Positions 38,351 to 50,790 of a stretch of 64,000 nt of DNA are shown here, one piece after another. Position 1 is the stretch's first letter; every line of letters begins with the position of its first letter. The translations under genes were made by a program, and so were the position numbers. The stretch comes from Trichoplax adhaerens. Taxonomy: Eukaryota; Animalia; Placozoa. The notes beneath the pieces were generated by a model. It was not told where the DNA came from, did not search any database, and was given only the letters and a program-made list of their open reading frames with translations. The DNA lies in assembly GCF_000150275.1 (NCBI RefSeq), contig NW_002060967.1, positions 434,001 to 498,000 on the forward strand, written 5' to 3'.

Positions 38351-40669
38351 TTTGCTCTGTTTCTTTTTTTTGCAATCTTTGACAAGGGAGGAATCCCATA
38401 TTGCTATTGAATCATTTTAGCAGTAGCAGCGCTAACATACGCATAGTATTCTATTTTAGTTTACGCTATTATTATTTTAGTCAGATTACTTCCGCTCGTT
38501 GGGTTTACCTCCGATTAATTAAGTTTTTTTCATCAAATATCTTTGCTTCAGACGAAATCACTTTGGTAGAATCTATTAATAACGCTGTCTTGAAACTCTC
38601 TATATGCAAGGAATATGTTGTAGAGTTATGGACTTTTTATAAGATTTCCTTGACGATAGTTGATTTGATTATCCTATACCCTGTATAACTGTGCATTTAC
38701 TGTTAAAAAGGGGGAAAATAAGTATTGTTATAACATGAGAACATGGTCAGATCATTGCTTTATTAAAGAATGGGTAAGCAAGTTTGAGATTGCATTATAT
38801 TATCATCTAATCATGGACTTAATGGACGATAGTTTACATTTGTACGAGTGTGCATTTATTGCGGCTAAACTGGGTTGCAACGTGAGTATAGGGTTAAAAC
38901 ATCTTTTGTTGAAAGAATACAGTAGGTGACAAAGTTGAAGGCATCTTCCATAATGCAGATTTGAATAACTAGCTATGGTTAAATAATAGTCATGTTTCAC
39001 TCAAGACAACAATACTGCTGTTTATATTCGCTAGACTAGTTTCTACAAGATTGTTGTCATGGAATAACGGCAATGTCCAGTTCCGTTTAATCGCTACAAT
39101 ACTGTAGACTCTCCATGGAGTGTACAATGGACGTAAATTACATTATTGTTGTTATGATTCTGATAGCATGCTTGACTGGAGAACAATTGTAATGACGACA
39201 TGATTGAATTTCTGCCATTAAGATTTGAAAAGCGTCATTAGTGGATTTAATTGATTACATATTTTATCATATGTAATTAGTACAACACACGAATACAGCA
39301 TTATGCAATTTTGAATTTTGATTGAAAGTAGAACAAGAGAAAGAGATGGAAAGATCGAATGACGCAAATGCTGCGATGAGTTCATCCAAATTGATGTTGC
39401 AATATGGGGCTGGAATGTTTGATTGATAGTTGAATATGATCTCAATCTGTATTGTATCCAAAACTGCTGGAAAAGCGTCTCCTTGGAGTAGCCTATGCTT
39501 CAACTCACTACCATAGCATGCAATCAGATATTGAAAGTTGTAGACCCGTCATAGGGACTTGCATGGCATTATGCAATATTTTGACCATCATTGAATTGTC
39601 ATCCTCTCTATTCCATGCGCGATTGCAGTAAGTGCCACTCAATCCAGTACAGTATGTCGGCAGGATCGTTTCCTACCGTACGTTCGCTTGAAAAGATTAC
39701 TTCAAAGCTTATTATCAGCTACTCGATTAGGCAAGTGCCAGGGTCGATAGTCAAAGAAAGAAGAGTATGGATACGGCCTGCTCGATCTATTGGCGTAATT
39801 TAGGGTACTGGAAATTGAAATGGACTTTTTTAGAATAAGTCAAGTAGTTCATGATCGACTGACTCGACCCTACTCATGAAATGAGTTTGCAATGCATGGT
39901 CCCATTTGAAAATACTGTACAGGCAGCAGTTTGAGCTTGGCTTAGCGAGCGTATACTGATAGCAGAACTTTGAATCGGCTGCAAATTGGAGAGAGATTTC
40001 GACAGTGCAATCCATGATGGAAATGGAATCGTTGTTTATTAGGATAGAAAAAGAAAGTTTACAGTGATTCGTTGTTATCAGCTGTTTACTCAAATGACAT
40101 CCAGCGAATGACGCCTGTTGGATATGGTCAGACACCGCACGACACCTGCAACGTCTTTCACTACGCTTGATAGACACACTACAGTATAGAACGTACTATG
40201 AGTAGACACACTCCATCCAGTAGTGTCATGTATTGTGGTTGCACAGACGAGTGTGAACCGTGTCGGGTCAACCCCAGAAAAGGCTGACTGTTGTTGTGTA
40301 CAAAATGCCTGGCCATTTTGGCGGGTAAAATGTATTTGTTTACCCATTGATGGATGAAAGGAACACGCAACAGTAAACAAAGACTTGATCGGACTCTTCC
40401 TTTGTTGACGAGAATACAGTACTGAATGCCGGATAAGCTTGTCCGGCTACGTCTCCATAGGTACAGTATTCATGGAGAACAATATAGCCACTCCATTCAG
40501 TACTGTAGTCAGTATCATCTCCATGTTGCACCACACAATAGTATGGAGTTTTGATTCAACGATTAGTCATTTTGCACATTGGTGCTGTCATCTTTTGCGT
40601 GTGTTTTGTATTTGGAGAGAAAACGATCACTTTACGGGGGGCGCTTTATAGCGTCGATCGAAAGAGGTG

Positions 40670-40703
40670 TACAGTGTACAGTACAGTACAGTACAGTACA
40701 GTG
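40670..40703. repeat. (CAGTA)n pentanucleotide microsatellite
   Basis: tacagtgtacagtacagtacagtacagtacagtg. Confidence 0.85.
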
Positions 40704-43700
40704 CAGGAAAGGCCGTTGAAATTCTATGCTCTATGAAGGCGAGAATTTTCAATTTGAATAGCTTTTAGTATGGAGAATAGAGAAGGGATCAGACAGTATC
40801 GTGGTAAGCTACAGTACAGTACTGTAAGTAGAGTTTACAGTAGTCCAGCACTACAGTACATTACAATACAGTACTAAAATGATAGGAAACCACTGTACAC
40901 TGTACAGTACCGCAGCCGTCTCTCCACTACAGTACTTTTCTCTTGGACTGTGGCGCGTGGACTGTACGCCATAGTGGATAGTCTCCACAATCTACAGTAC
41001 GCAGTTGAAAATGGACGGAAAAACATGGACTGTACTGTAGCGTCCAGTCGGTCCAGTACAATACACCTCTCGACAGTGAACGTACAGTATAGGACAAGGC
41101 AAGCTCCTGTCGGACTACGGATTCTTCGCCCCCTTTCAAATTCAACTTCCACTGCGTAGCTAGAGCAATCCTGCTTGAATCGGTAAGCAAGAAAAATCCA
41201 TATCAAGGCGAAAATGGTAGCAACTAGCCAATAACGAGTGGAGTATTGAAGCGACCAATTGGAGTTATTGCTTACCCGTTGGTCAGGCTATCTGTACATC
41301 AAGTGTATACCAATATTGGTGGGGTGATATTGATAGGATTAACCATTGAAAAAGTCAAGATTGTAGCGGCGTGAACGACCCGTCGATCCAGCCTCTATCG
41401 CAAGGTAACAAGCTTACCTTGGACTGTCCTCTACTGTATTAATTAGAGAGGAAATCACGGTGTTTAGCGAGTTGTCTTAGCGACTTGATCGGCCTTACCA
41501 TCACAGTAGTATTATCAACAAGGTGGCGAATTCTGAACAAAGCGCTATTTTGGCTTCCAAGATTGTGTAAGTTGCAATAATACTCGGATAGAAATTGTTC
41601 AACTGTATGGACGTGCTAGGCTTAGCTGCTAATCGCAATGCCTACAGTTATTCTCGGTGTGTGACTTTTTTACCAAACATGATACCATCGTCAAGGACGT
41701 GCACAATGATGCAAAAATGGTGTGCTTTGAACCATTTCCAATCGTCTAGTGGTACACACATTCTCTGAAGTAAAGTCCACGTTGACTATCATCAATCATG
41801 ATGATGGATATCTTTTGAGTACTGTGTCCTGTCCATGATGGGGCGGACGATCACTATTCATTCTTGTCAAACCATCGACCTACAGTAATAGGCAGTAGTG
41901 TGGATGATACGGTAACAACGAGGAAGTTGGAGTACTGAACAACGGTGTTCGTGGCGTGCTGTCCATACATTTGCTAATACATGATATGTTTTACATGATA
42001 TATATTGAATTTCCTCCCAAAAAGATTTGCAGTTTTATACATTTACACACTAGGCGGTGCTAGTATGGCTAGTGACTGTTGATCGATGGTGTGCTGTACT
42101 TGTTAGTAAAGTTAATGTTAGCCACTGTACACGGGTTGGAATGGCCGGACAGTAGTTTTCAATCTTGCCTTTATTTCACTTTCTTGGCGTCATGCTCTGT
42201 CGTAGCTGTATTCGGCAAGACCGAATACCAGTAGTAGAGCATGTACAACGCCGATCAATCAATGAAGAAATATTATGGCGTTCTTTGAATGAAAGCAGAG
42301 TTACGACATACTTATCTTAACGGATAATCATTTGCTTTATAGATGATGTAACACAAATACACAAGTGGATTAGTTTATAGTAAAAAGACCCTGACAGACT
42401 CTAATTGACAGATATTAGCAATTGCCATAGAGATCAATCTCTCTGGCATTTGCAGTTTCCACGATCACAGCATATTCAATTGGTAACCAACTTTTATTTT
42501 TGCTGCCTCTTTAGCCAGTGACCTGTACAGCGTACAGTACTATCGTCGCCAATTTATCAATGAGTTGTATGAGTTTGAGCTTGAATTCAAGTTTTTTTGT
42601 GTTATTATACCGAATCAACTGTCCAAATCCACTACCGTATTTGCTAGCTCTACCGACGCTAAATATCAATCTATCTAATAATGAAAACCGATTGAAAATA
42701 GACTGCCACTTCGACAGATTTTGCCTAGCATTGTTCAATCTTGAAATGGAATTATCTAGTACTACCACTAAAGTGAAACACCGACTGTAGGATCATGCTT
42801 GGAATAGTCGTTCATTCACCTTTAACTTTACCGGTACTTTGTAATAAGAACAGTAGTCATTGCTGATTTTTCTAACGTTAGCTCACTTTGGAATCAATAC
42901 TATTCAGCAAGGAGTAGAAATGATATGATTCACTTATGACAATAGGCTATAGGCATGCGGCATTGAACGACGTGATGGTGAAGTTAACACTTTATACAAG
43001 TACAGTAACATGATTCGATGTTGTTTTACTGAGGTCTAGTTGGACTAAAAACAGTCGAGGGTTGAAACTTGACTACAAGTATTACACGCATCATAGAATG
43101 AGTGTACCGTGATGCTACCGCTGCATAGTTTTGCAGAAATATGAATTCTTTATTGCATGGGGGGGCTATCAAGTTAGTCCTTGTTCATGAATTGTTATGG
43201 AAGCACGTACGCTGGTATTTTGATTGAAGTACAGACAGAAAGTGAATTTAAACTGTGACTGGAGAGAGATATTCACTCGTATAGTATGCGTTGATGGCCT
43301 TTCGTTGCTAGTCGTTCTAGTGGACGTTTTCGGTAAATATTTTGCTATGAAAGATAAAAATCATTGATCGATATTTTGGGATGGCAGTGGTATTGGGTCG
43401 TCTAATCTTATCCTTCAAGTAATATTGTATGTTGCATAGTGAACTTTCAATGCTAGTCACTGTGCAATCTGTTTGCTTTAATCAATCATAACGTGTGCAA
43501 TAACAAAATACGGGAGCTTGTCAAGTCTGTGTGGATGATCTTTCTGATGGGGCTGTACTGTAGTAAGTATACTGAAACGTCCTTCGATACGTTGACTTCC
43601 ATCATGGAAACACTTACATCCTGGTTTTGTTGACGATGATTTCCTGACGAAAAAAAGCGTACAGTACGGCACATTCTAGTGCAGGCAATTGGTATCTCGA

Positions 43701-44139
43701 TCATCTTAGGATAAACGACATACAATCGAAATTAGAGAAGTTGTCAAGACGTCAATACAAGTAAGGACATGGAGTGGCACGTCGGACTTGGTCAACAACC
43801 AGGCCTGCAAGTACCGACAGCATCCATCGACTTGTTTGCAAATGATTCTCGTCATTGCTTTCGATCAACTTCAACTATTGCGTTGGTTAGCTGCGATCTA
43901 TTCATGGATATCATGTTATACTTTATTTGCCTAAGCTATGAGGAAAAGCGTTATCCTTTAAACGACTGCTCAAGTCGTTTAAATGACTCAGTGGGACTAA
44001 TGGCTTCGATGGCCATTTTTCTGTTGTTTTTTGCTCGATTGAAAAGTACGTTACACTCAAAGGCATGCGGTCGCTCCAGTTAGGGTAGTCCCTAGTTGAG
44101 CACACTACTTACAGGGGTTTTACAGCATGCAATTTTGCT

Positions 44140-44773
44140 AGTAGTCGGAAGTGGAGTGATGGGTCCTGCCGTACTGTCCTTCCATCCACCATGCATACAG
44201 TACAGTCCGTGTCCAGTAGACGGGTGGGTGGGTGTTGTTGCAGAGTGAGGAGTCACTACGGATGGACGGACGAGATGACGACTGAAGGGGCTAAATGGAG
44301 GGTAGAGTTGTAGGGCGGCCCTGTCTTCGGACGCATGTCGTACTGGACGTCACCGACTAAACTGATACAGTGATATCCAATGTCCTACGTCTAGTACTGT
44401 TACAGTATATGGGGACAGCCAATTCAGCACTAGTACAAACACGAAACGACGCCGTTCGCAGAAAACGACCATCGACATTCGTTGAGGCAAAAATACTTTC
44501 TCCTCTGCAGTCACTACGGCAACGACAGGAACGATCGCACTGTACTCGCACATTGATCACTATTGCATACTGATTCTTAACAACGCAATACTGCATACGT
44601 AGACTCGACTCTATTGAGGCCTGATGAATACCTTTGAAATTGGTAGCTGATGCTATTAAATTAACACCATCGCTAGGTGAAACCGTGCAAGTTTGAAGCT
44701 ATTTCGGCGTCGGTAGCTAGTCATCACAACACTAATAACGGTTAATCAATAGATCGGTTGATCTCACCAAAAA
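44140..44773 (+). promoter_or_regulatory. Probable TFDP promoter and non-coding first exon
   Basis: Most GC-rich patch of the window, with ETS-type CGGAAGT (~44146) and GC-box GGGCGG (~44313). Strong donor aaa|gtaagt at 44773/44774 and acceptor tag| at 45123 just before the TFDP ATG. Confidence 0.55.
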
Positions 44774-45143
44774 GTAAGTACATTAAGCAGTTTGGTAGTT
44801 TTTGCATGGACGGGAGGGGGGGAAATTGTAGTATATTGTAAGCAAGATCTGATGGAATATAAGCCATTTTGAAGAGCTAATTTATCTTCATCAACCGTGT
44901 TCTATTTTGATAGTCGATCAATCACTAGATTCATTTTGAATTCGAGTAGACAAGAATTGCATCACCGAGTGATGCAATTTTCTACTTTTATGAAATGGCA
45001 ATACTTTATTCTTCCCTTTAGCTATAGATAATATTTAAAATATCATCTCAACATGAGTAAGAGAGAATGAAATCCATTTCAATGTATCATTTAAGTGATG
45101 GTGATCCTTCTTCTTCATTTTAGGACGGCATTGTGATTAGAGT

Positions 45144-48100
45144 ATGTCTTTTTCGGCAACAATGACCAAGCCATGGATGGATGGTGGTAAGTGATAAATC
45201 GTTTAATAAATTGTGAAATCTTGAAAAGACATTTGTTAAGAGATAATCAATTGAAAATTGGGTCAAGTGACTAGGACTAGATCATATGATAGTCAAGGAA
45301 GCTACATGTCAAATGGTGATATCATCCATGAGATGATGTTATTAAATTAACCGTAATGGAATTGGACTTTGTCTTACTTTCGATCATTATTCCGGTGCAC
45401 AGCGCACAGCCAGTATCGGTGTTGCTCTTTTCGCTATTTTTAGTGACGTAATAAAGTAGTTCATTTGATATCATGGAATAATGCCTTCATCAGTTCATAT
45501 ATTATTGTCTCAAACTAAAATAATATCCATAACTAGTTGAGTGCAATGGAATGAGCATAATATTGACTAGGTTAGAAAGTAGCGGTAAAAATTTTCCGTA
45601 AATATTTTATGGATGTGTTTATGATAATATCAACTACATAACAAGTGCCAATCCATTGACACTAGAAAAGTATCAGTAAACTCGATAGTGCTATCAAATA
45701 ATAATGATATTGATTCCATTATTAGCTTCTAGTAGTCCATCCAAAGAAAGCCCATCGAGTAAATCAAATCATACCGCAAGCGGCAGTGCTACTATCAATA
45801 ATACTGCTATAACTTCGACTAGCAATGATAATTATAATACTCACGGCCTCAAGAAATTTTATGTTGATAATGGATTAGAGAATCACGCACGAAAGGTACT
45901 AATTAGTGTAATTGAACATGATACTAATAGATTGTGTGTATCTTAACACACATTATTACTGTCTTGAGTCAACTATAGCGTTGGCAATGGATACAATCCT
46001 AGTTTTTTTAAGATTGACTATTAAATTGACATACTTAATTTTAGGTTGGATTATTGGATAGTAATGGGGATATGTCCTCATTTAACTTTGATAATCGACA
46101 ATTGGCACATAAAGGTATCCTATCTTGACAAGTTTTATCAATTTCCTTAGCATTTTTATTGGAACATTATTACTGTACTGTAATAGCTTTTTGAATGAAC
46201 CAACTATCAAATATTTCTTGCAATGTTAGTTTTATATCTTTATTTTGCGTATCAAAATATTGCATTTAAAAATATGATGATGCGATTGATCTCATTTTAT
46301 TGCATGTGGTAGACATGCACTGTTAACTTGAGTTGACTGATATCAATTTGAAATTACAGCTGCGTCCCCACTTTATGACGATAAAAAATCCCAGATGACA
46401 GCATCATCTTACAAGGTTATCAGGGCTAATACACCTACTCGTGTCGATGTAACACGATCGCCTTCACTAGTAAGTTGTAATAGATTAGCTAATTTTTTGG
46501 ATCAGTACTGTAGCAAACTTTCTTTTTAAATACCAATGATGTGAACTTAGCAACAATGAACAAATAATCATCTGTTATAATAAACTCCAAATAAGACTTT
46601 CTAGTCTTATTAATATTAATTCATTTTTTTCATATGGATCCTGTATATTGAGATCAACATTTCGGCTATATTGTAGCGATGTAGTAACAAGATTGATCAT
46701 GTAACTACTTTATTCTTATGATTTAAGATTCTTCCTGGAACCTCCATTCAACGGCAAATGTCCCCCGTTAGCTATATGTCGACAAGCCCTGGTACTCCTC
46801 AGACTCCCAAAAGTACTAATACACCAGGAACAAGGTAAGAAGTATAATATAGGCCAGCATTTATATAATTACTATAATAGCTGGCTACTTTGTAATAATG
46901 GGAATCGAGTAAATTTATCCACTTTTCGAAATCTTAAAAATTTTTCTTATCTGATTCTTTTACTCGATGGTAGTGGAATCAAAAGGAAAAATTCTTACGA
47001 GTATGATGTCGTAGGAGATAACAGCGACAAGTTAGTATCGAGCACAATTCCTACATGTTGTTAATCGATCAAAATTCACTCTCTTTCTATTTTAACATAT
47101 CGATATAAGTACAGTAGATGGTATTAATTAGTAAGTGAAATATATTTTATAATAACAGAAAACGATCATCGAGTAAAAGAACAGTATCAACGGCACGTTC
47201 TGGAAATGAAAAAGGCGGTAAAGGATTGCGTCATTTTTCAATGAAAGTTTGCGAAAAAGTACAGCAAAAAGGCACTACTACATATAATGAGGTGGTTATT
47301 TGTCAATTTCGATAAAGTTAATCTATATCTTGTAAAAATTAAATGATTTAATGATTATTTTAGGTCGCGGATGAGCTGGTGCGAGAATTTAGCGGCGATC
47401 CTGATCGAGGAATGCCTTCGAATGATCAGGTAATTACTGTTCTTGATACTTTATCACTATGAAAATGCCAATGAAATGATTATAAGGCTAATAACAGTTT
47501 ATTTTTACTCCCGTTACGTAGACTTACGATCAAAAGAATATTAGGCGTCGAGTTTATGATGCTTTAAACGTTTTAATGGCGATGAATATAATTTCGAAAG
47601 AAAAGAAAGAGATAAAATGGATTGGACTACCCACTAATTCTGCTCAAGAATGTGACACATTAGAAGTATGACTTGTCTATTCCTTTTCAGATTTAGTTGA
47701 TTTGGTTGATATTCAATCAATTTAATTGTTATATTAAAATATAGAAAGAACTAGGGACTTTAAGAGATAGAGTTCAGGAAAAGAAGGAGCGTTTACGTGA
47801 ACTTATCATTCAGGTAATACTTATTGTTATAATATGTTTATTTATATGATAGTTGAAAGTAGTTTTAATTAACGTGTATTATATTTTTTTTAATTACAGC
47901 AATATGCATATAAAAATTTAGTGAAAAGGAATCGCGAAAGAGAGAATGAAAATGCGTTAAAAGAAAACTCTTGCATTCAGTTACCGTTTGTTGTTATTAA
48001 TACGAGCAAGCAAACCGTGATTGATTGTAGTATTTCCAATGACAAGTGAGTACTCATTCGTTTATATATTTGCTTCTTGATAATAGCTGTTGTTAATCTA

Positions 48101-48845
48101 TGTTATAAAAACATACTTAATGTAATAATTCAATTTGTTAATTTTAGATTTGAGTATTTATTCAATTTTGATAACACCTTTGAGATACATAACGACATTG
48201 AAATTCTAAAACGGATGGGTATTGTATCAAGTGATGTGCTGGATACCACTGGTAATTTAAATGTGAAGGAGTTGGAGGAAATTAAAACTATTGTACCGAA
48301 ATCTGTAGGGGATAACGTTCCAGGTACGTTCAATAATTTTACCAGTGTTGATAACATTTCCTTATGAATACAATTCGTTTGACTGCTTTAGATTGTGATA
48401 CTATTCTCATTTTATATATTTAGATATCTTTTGTACTGGTAAAGCGAATAAATATGATGTTCATGCTGCAACTTCAAGGTACAGTACACACTTAATGATA
48501 AATTATCTTGCATCGAAATGAATGACTTTTTTTTTCTCAAGACTAGCATTATCTTTTAGAAATAAAATTGTTAATTTAATAGACACCATTTTTGATTTTA
48601 GCGATGTACTACCTTCAACCTCAAAAGTAACTCCTCCTAGCTCTCCACTTGCTGTTCCTATTGATTATCATAATGATACTGTAGCAGCTGTTACACCAGA
48701 TAAACGACGCAGTGCATCACTGGCTATCAAAGGCAATGCAGAAATTGAAACTTATCAGTGCTCTTCTTCGTCAAATTCACGATCATCGTCGCCATATTCA
48801 TCAACTTCTAGAAGTAGCACACCTAATTTTTCCGCTAAAAAGTGA
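45144..48845 (+). CDS. TFDP: Transcription factor DP (E2F dimerisation partner)
   Basis: Exons include 46045-46114 ([10 protein letters not shown]..., like the DP N-terminus), 47159-47291 ([25 protein letters not shown]), 47364-47429 (VADELV), 47522-47665 ([39 protein letters not shown] box), 47900-48045 ([24 protein letters not shown]) and 48149-48322 ([24 protein letters not shown]). Last exon runs to TGA at 48845. Start ATG is 45144 or 45162. Confidence 0.96.
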
Positions 48846-49980
48846 TTAAAATTGCAAACGTTTCACATAGTTTGTTGGCATATTATAAAGCCATGATTAT
48901 TTTGCTGACACTACTTATGTTTATCACCATGAATATTGAAAGACGTTCATGTTAAATGTTAGATTTGGAAAAATTATGGTAAGTTATAATTGAAATTCTA
49001 TGCTATCATTGATGCTATATCGATTCACTGAGTCAATTTATCATTCACCTCTTTCTAAATGGTTTAATTTATAATCAGCATAGAAAAGTGCATTGTTAAT
49101 GCCCGTATAAAATTTATCATCATGATGTTATATTTCCACACTTGTGACATCATAATCATATCGGAGACCATCAAAGTGGTTTAATACTATGTTTCACTTG
49201 ATTATGACAATGGTAGAATTATAATATACGAGAAAAGCATAAGGTTGGTTTTTTTTTGATGGATGGTATGCAAAACAAAATGGATTGCTAGATGGTATTT
49301 TTTATTACTTGTTATCCGCAAAGCACACAGTATTAGATTTTAGAATTGTGTAGTCCTTCTGTATCTAATATACAAAATATTTTCATTGTTTATAGCATTA
49401 TTAATATTATTAATACTCTGGTAACAGAGCATAATGAAATTTACCCTTTAATCGTTTGTATATTACTGTATATTATTTCAGTTAAAGATATGCTGCATTG
49501 CCCTTTTAATGAAAAGAAGTTGAGAGGCATTGTTCTGTTTCTTCTTGTATCAACAATGCGTCAAATTTTTTGTATAATATATGCATATCAACGTAAATGG
49601 TGTCGTTATTATTGACTATCATTGGCATGTTTTCGGTATATCTTGATCTTTTAGCGTATGAGTAATGGAAAAGCTTCACTTTTAATATTGCCATTCCTGT
49701 TGCTGACAAGATCACAAAATGTTTTGTTTATTCCTACAACTAGTTGTAGCCTACTGTTAATAATAATATCTTAAAGCCGTGAATACGAATAATGCTGTGT
49801 AAAAACTACAATTATTCCAAACAAGCAGATATCAGCTTATTACAGTTTATACACTGTATTGCTTTTATATTGGATAGATTGATCACCTGATTACTATTGA
49901 TAATAGGGTCAACGTGTATATTATAGAAATGTCTAATTAGGTGCAGTATTCATTGATTATGTGAAAGGATAGTCCACGAT

Positions 49981-50790
49981 TTAGCTATCGATAGGATCGA
50001 TAAAATTAAAACTTAATTTTCCGTGAGGTTGATTGACTACGAGGGCGTAGCTTTGAACCGATTTATTTGTCTCATAAATTGCCTCGGATGACATTTCGTG
50101 ATCAATATCTGCACCTAATGCTCGTATTGCACTAACGATATTAGCAAATTCTTTCTTTGAGCCCATTGCCTAATATTACTAGAAAAATCATTATTATAAA
50201 ATTATGTAATAGCAATTAATTGCTATTTATTGTCGTAATAACTAGTTACCATTTTTTTTTAATCTACGAGTATTACATTCACTTTTTGAAGTCCAATCTG
50301 TTTATATGGTATCGTTGGATTACTCTTAGAATTTCGTTAAAGTTTTGCGTTCAAGCTTTAGATCAAGTGAATGATTATGAAGGTTGATCATTTGCGCACA
50401 TTATACTTGTACGTAAAGTAATTTTTTACAATTATTGAAAAGAAGCAAACTATGTATTAAGTCAACGATAGTATAACGTTGATATTGATGTAATTTATCT
50501 TGTTTGAAATCCTTATTGCGATTTGTTTTATCTGCAGTACGTTTATTAACATACGTGAAAAATGCCATCTGAATGAATATCAATGCATTTCTATTTATAT
50601 AATCGTTTGCTAATTGATAATTATGCATTGGTTTTCGATGTGATGCAATTGTATGTATTATATTTGGTAACAAATCAAGCACCGTTGTCAATATATGAGC
50701 ATGCCGATTTGTTAAGCTAACGAGAAATAACTTTAATATCATATCATCATTGTTAGCTAGTACGAAAATTATATAGACATTACATTAACG
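49981..50790 (-). pseudogene. Possible degenerate orphan gene
   Basis: Two protein-like ORFs (113 aa and 61 aa) with a donor at ~50249 and an acceptor at ~50170 between them. In-frame stops are present and no family is recognised. Confidence 0.2.

Noticed and set aside
44222-44233. G-quadruplex candidate GGGTGGGTGGG
   Set aside because: Only three G3 tracts, with no close fourth.
38735-44596. Many overlapping 60-115-aa ORFs on both strands
   Set aside because: Expected from higher GC and fewer stops; no recognisable domain or consistent exon chain.
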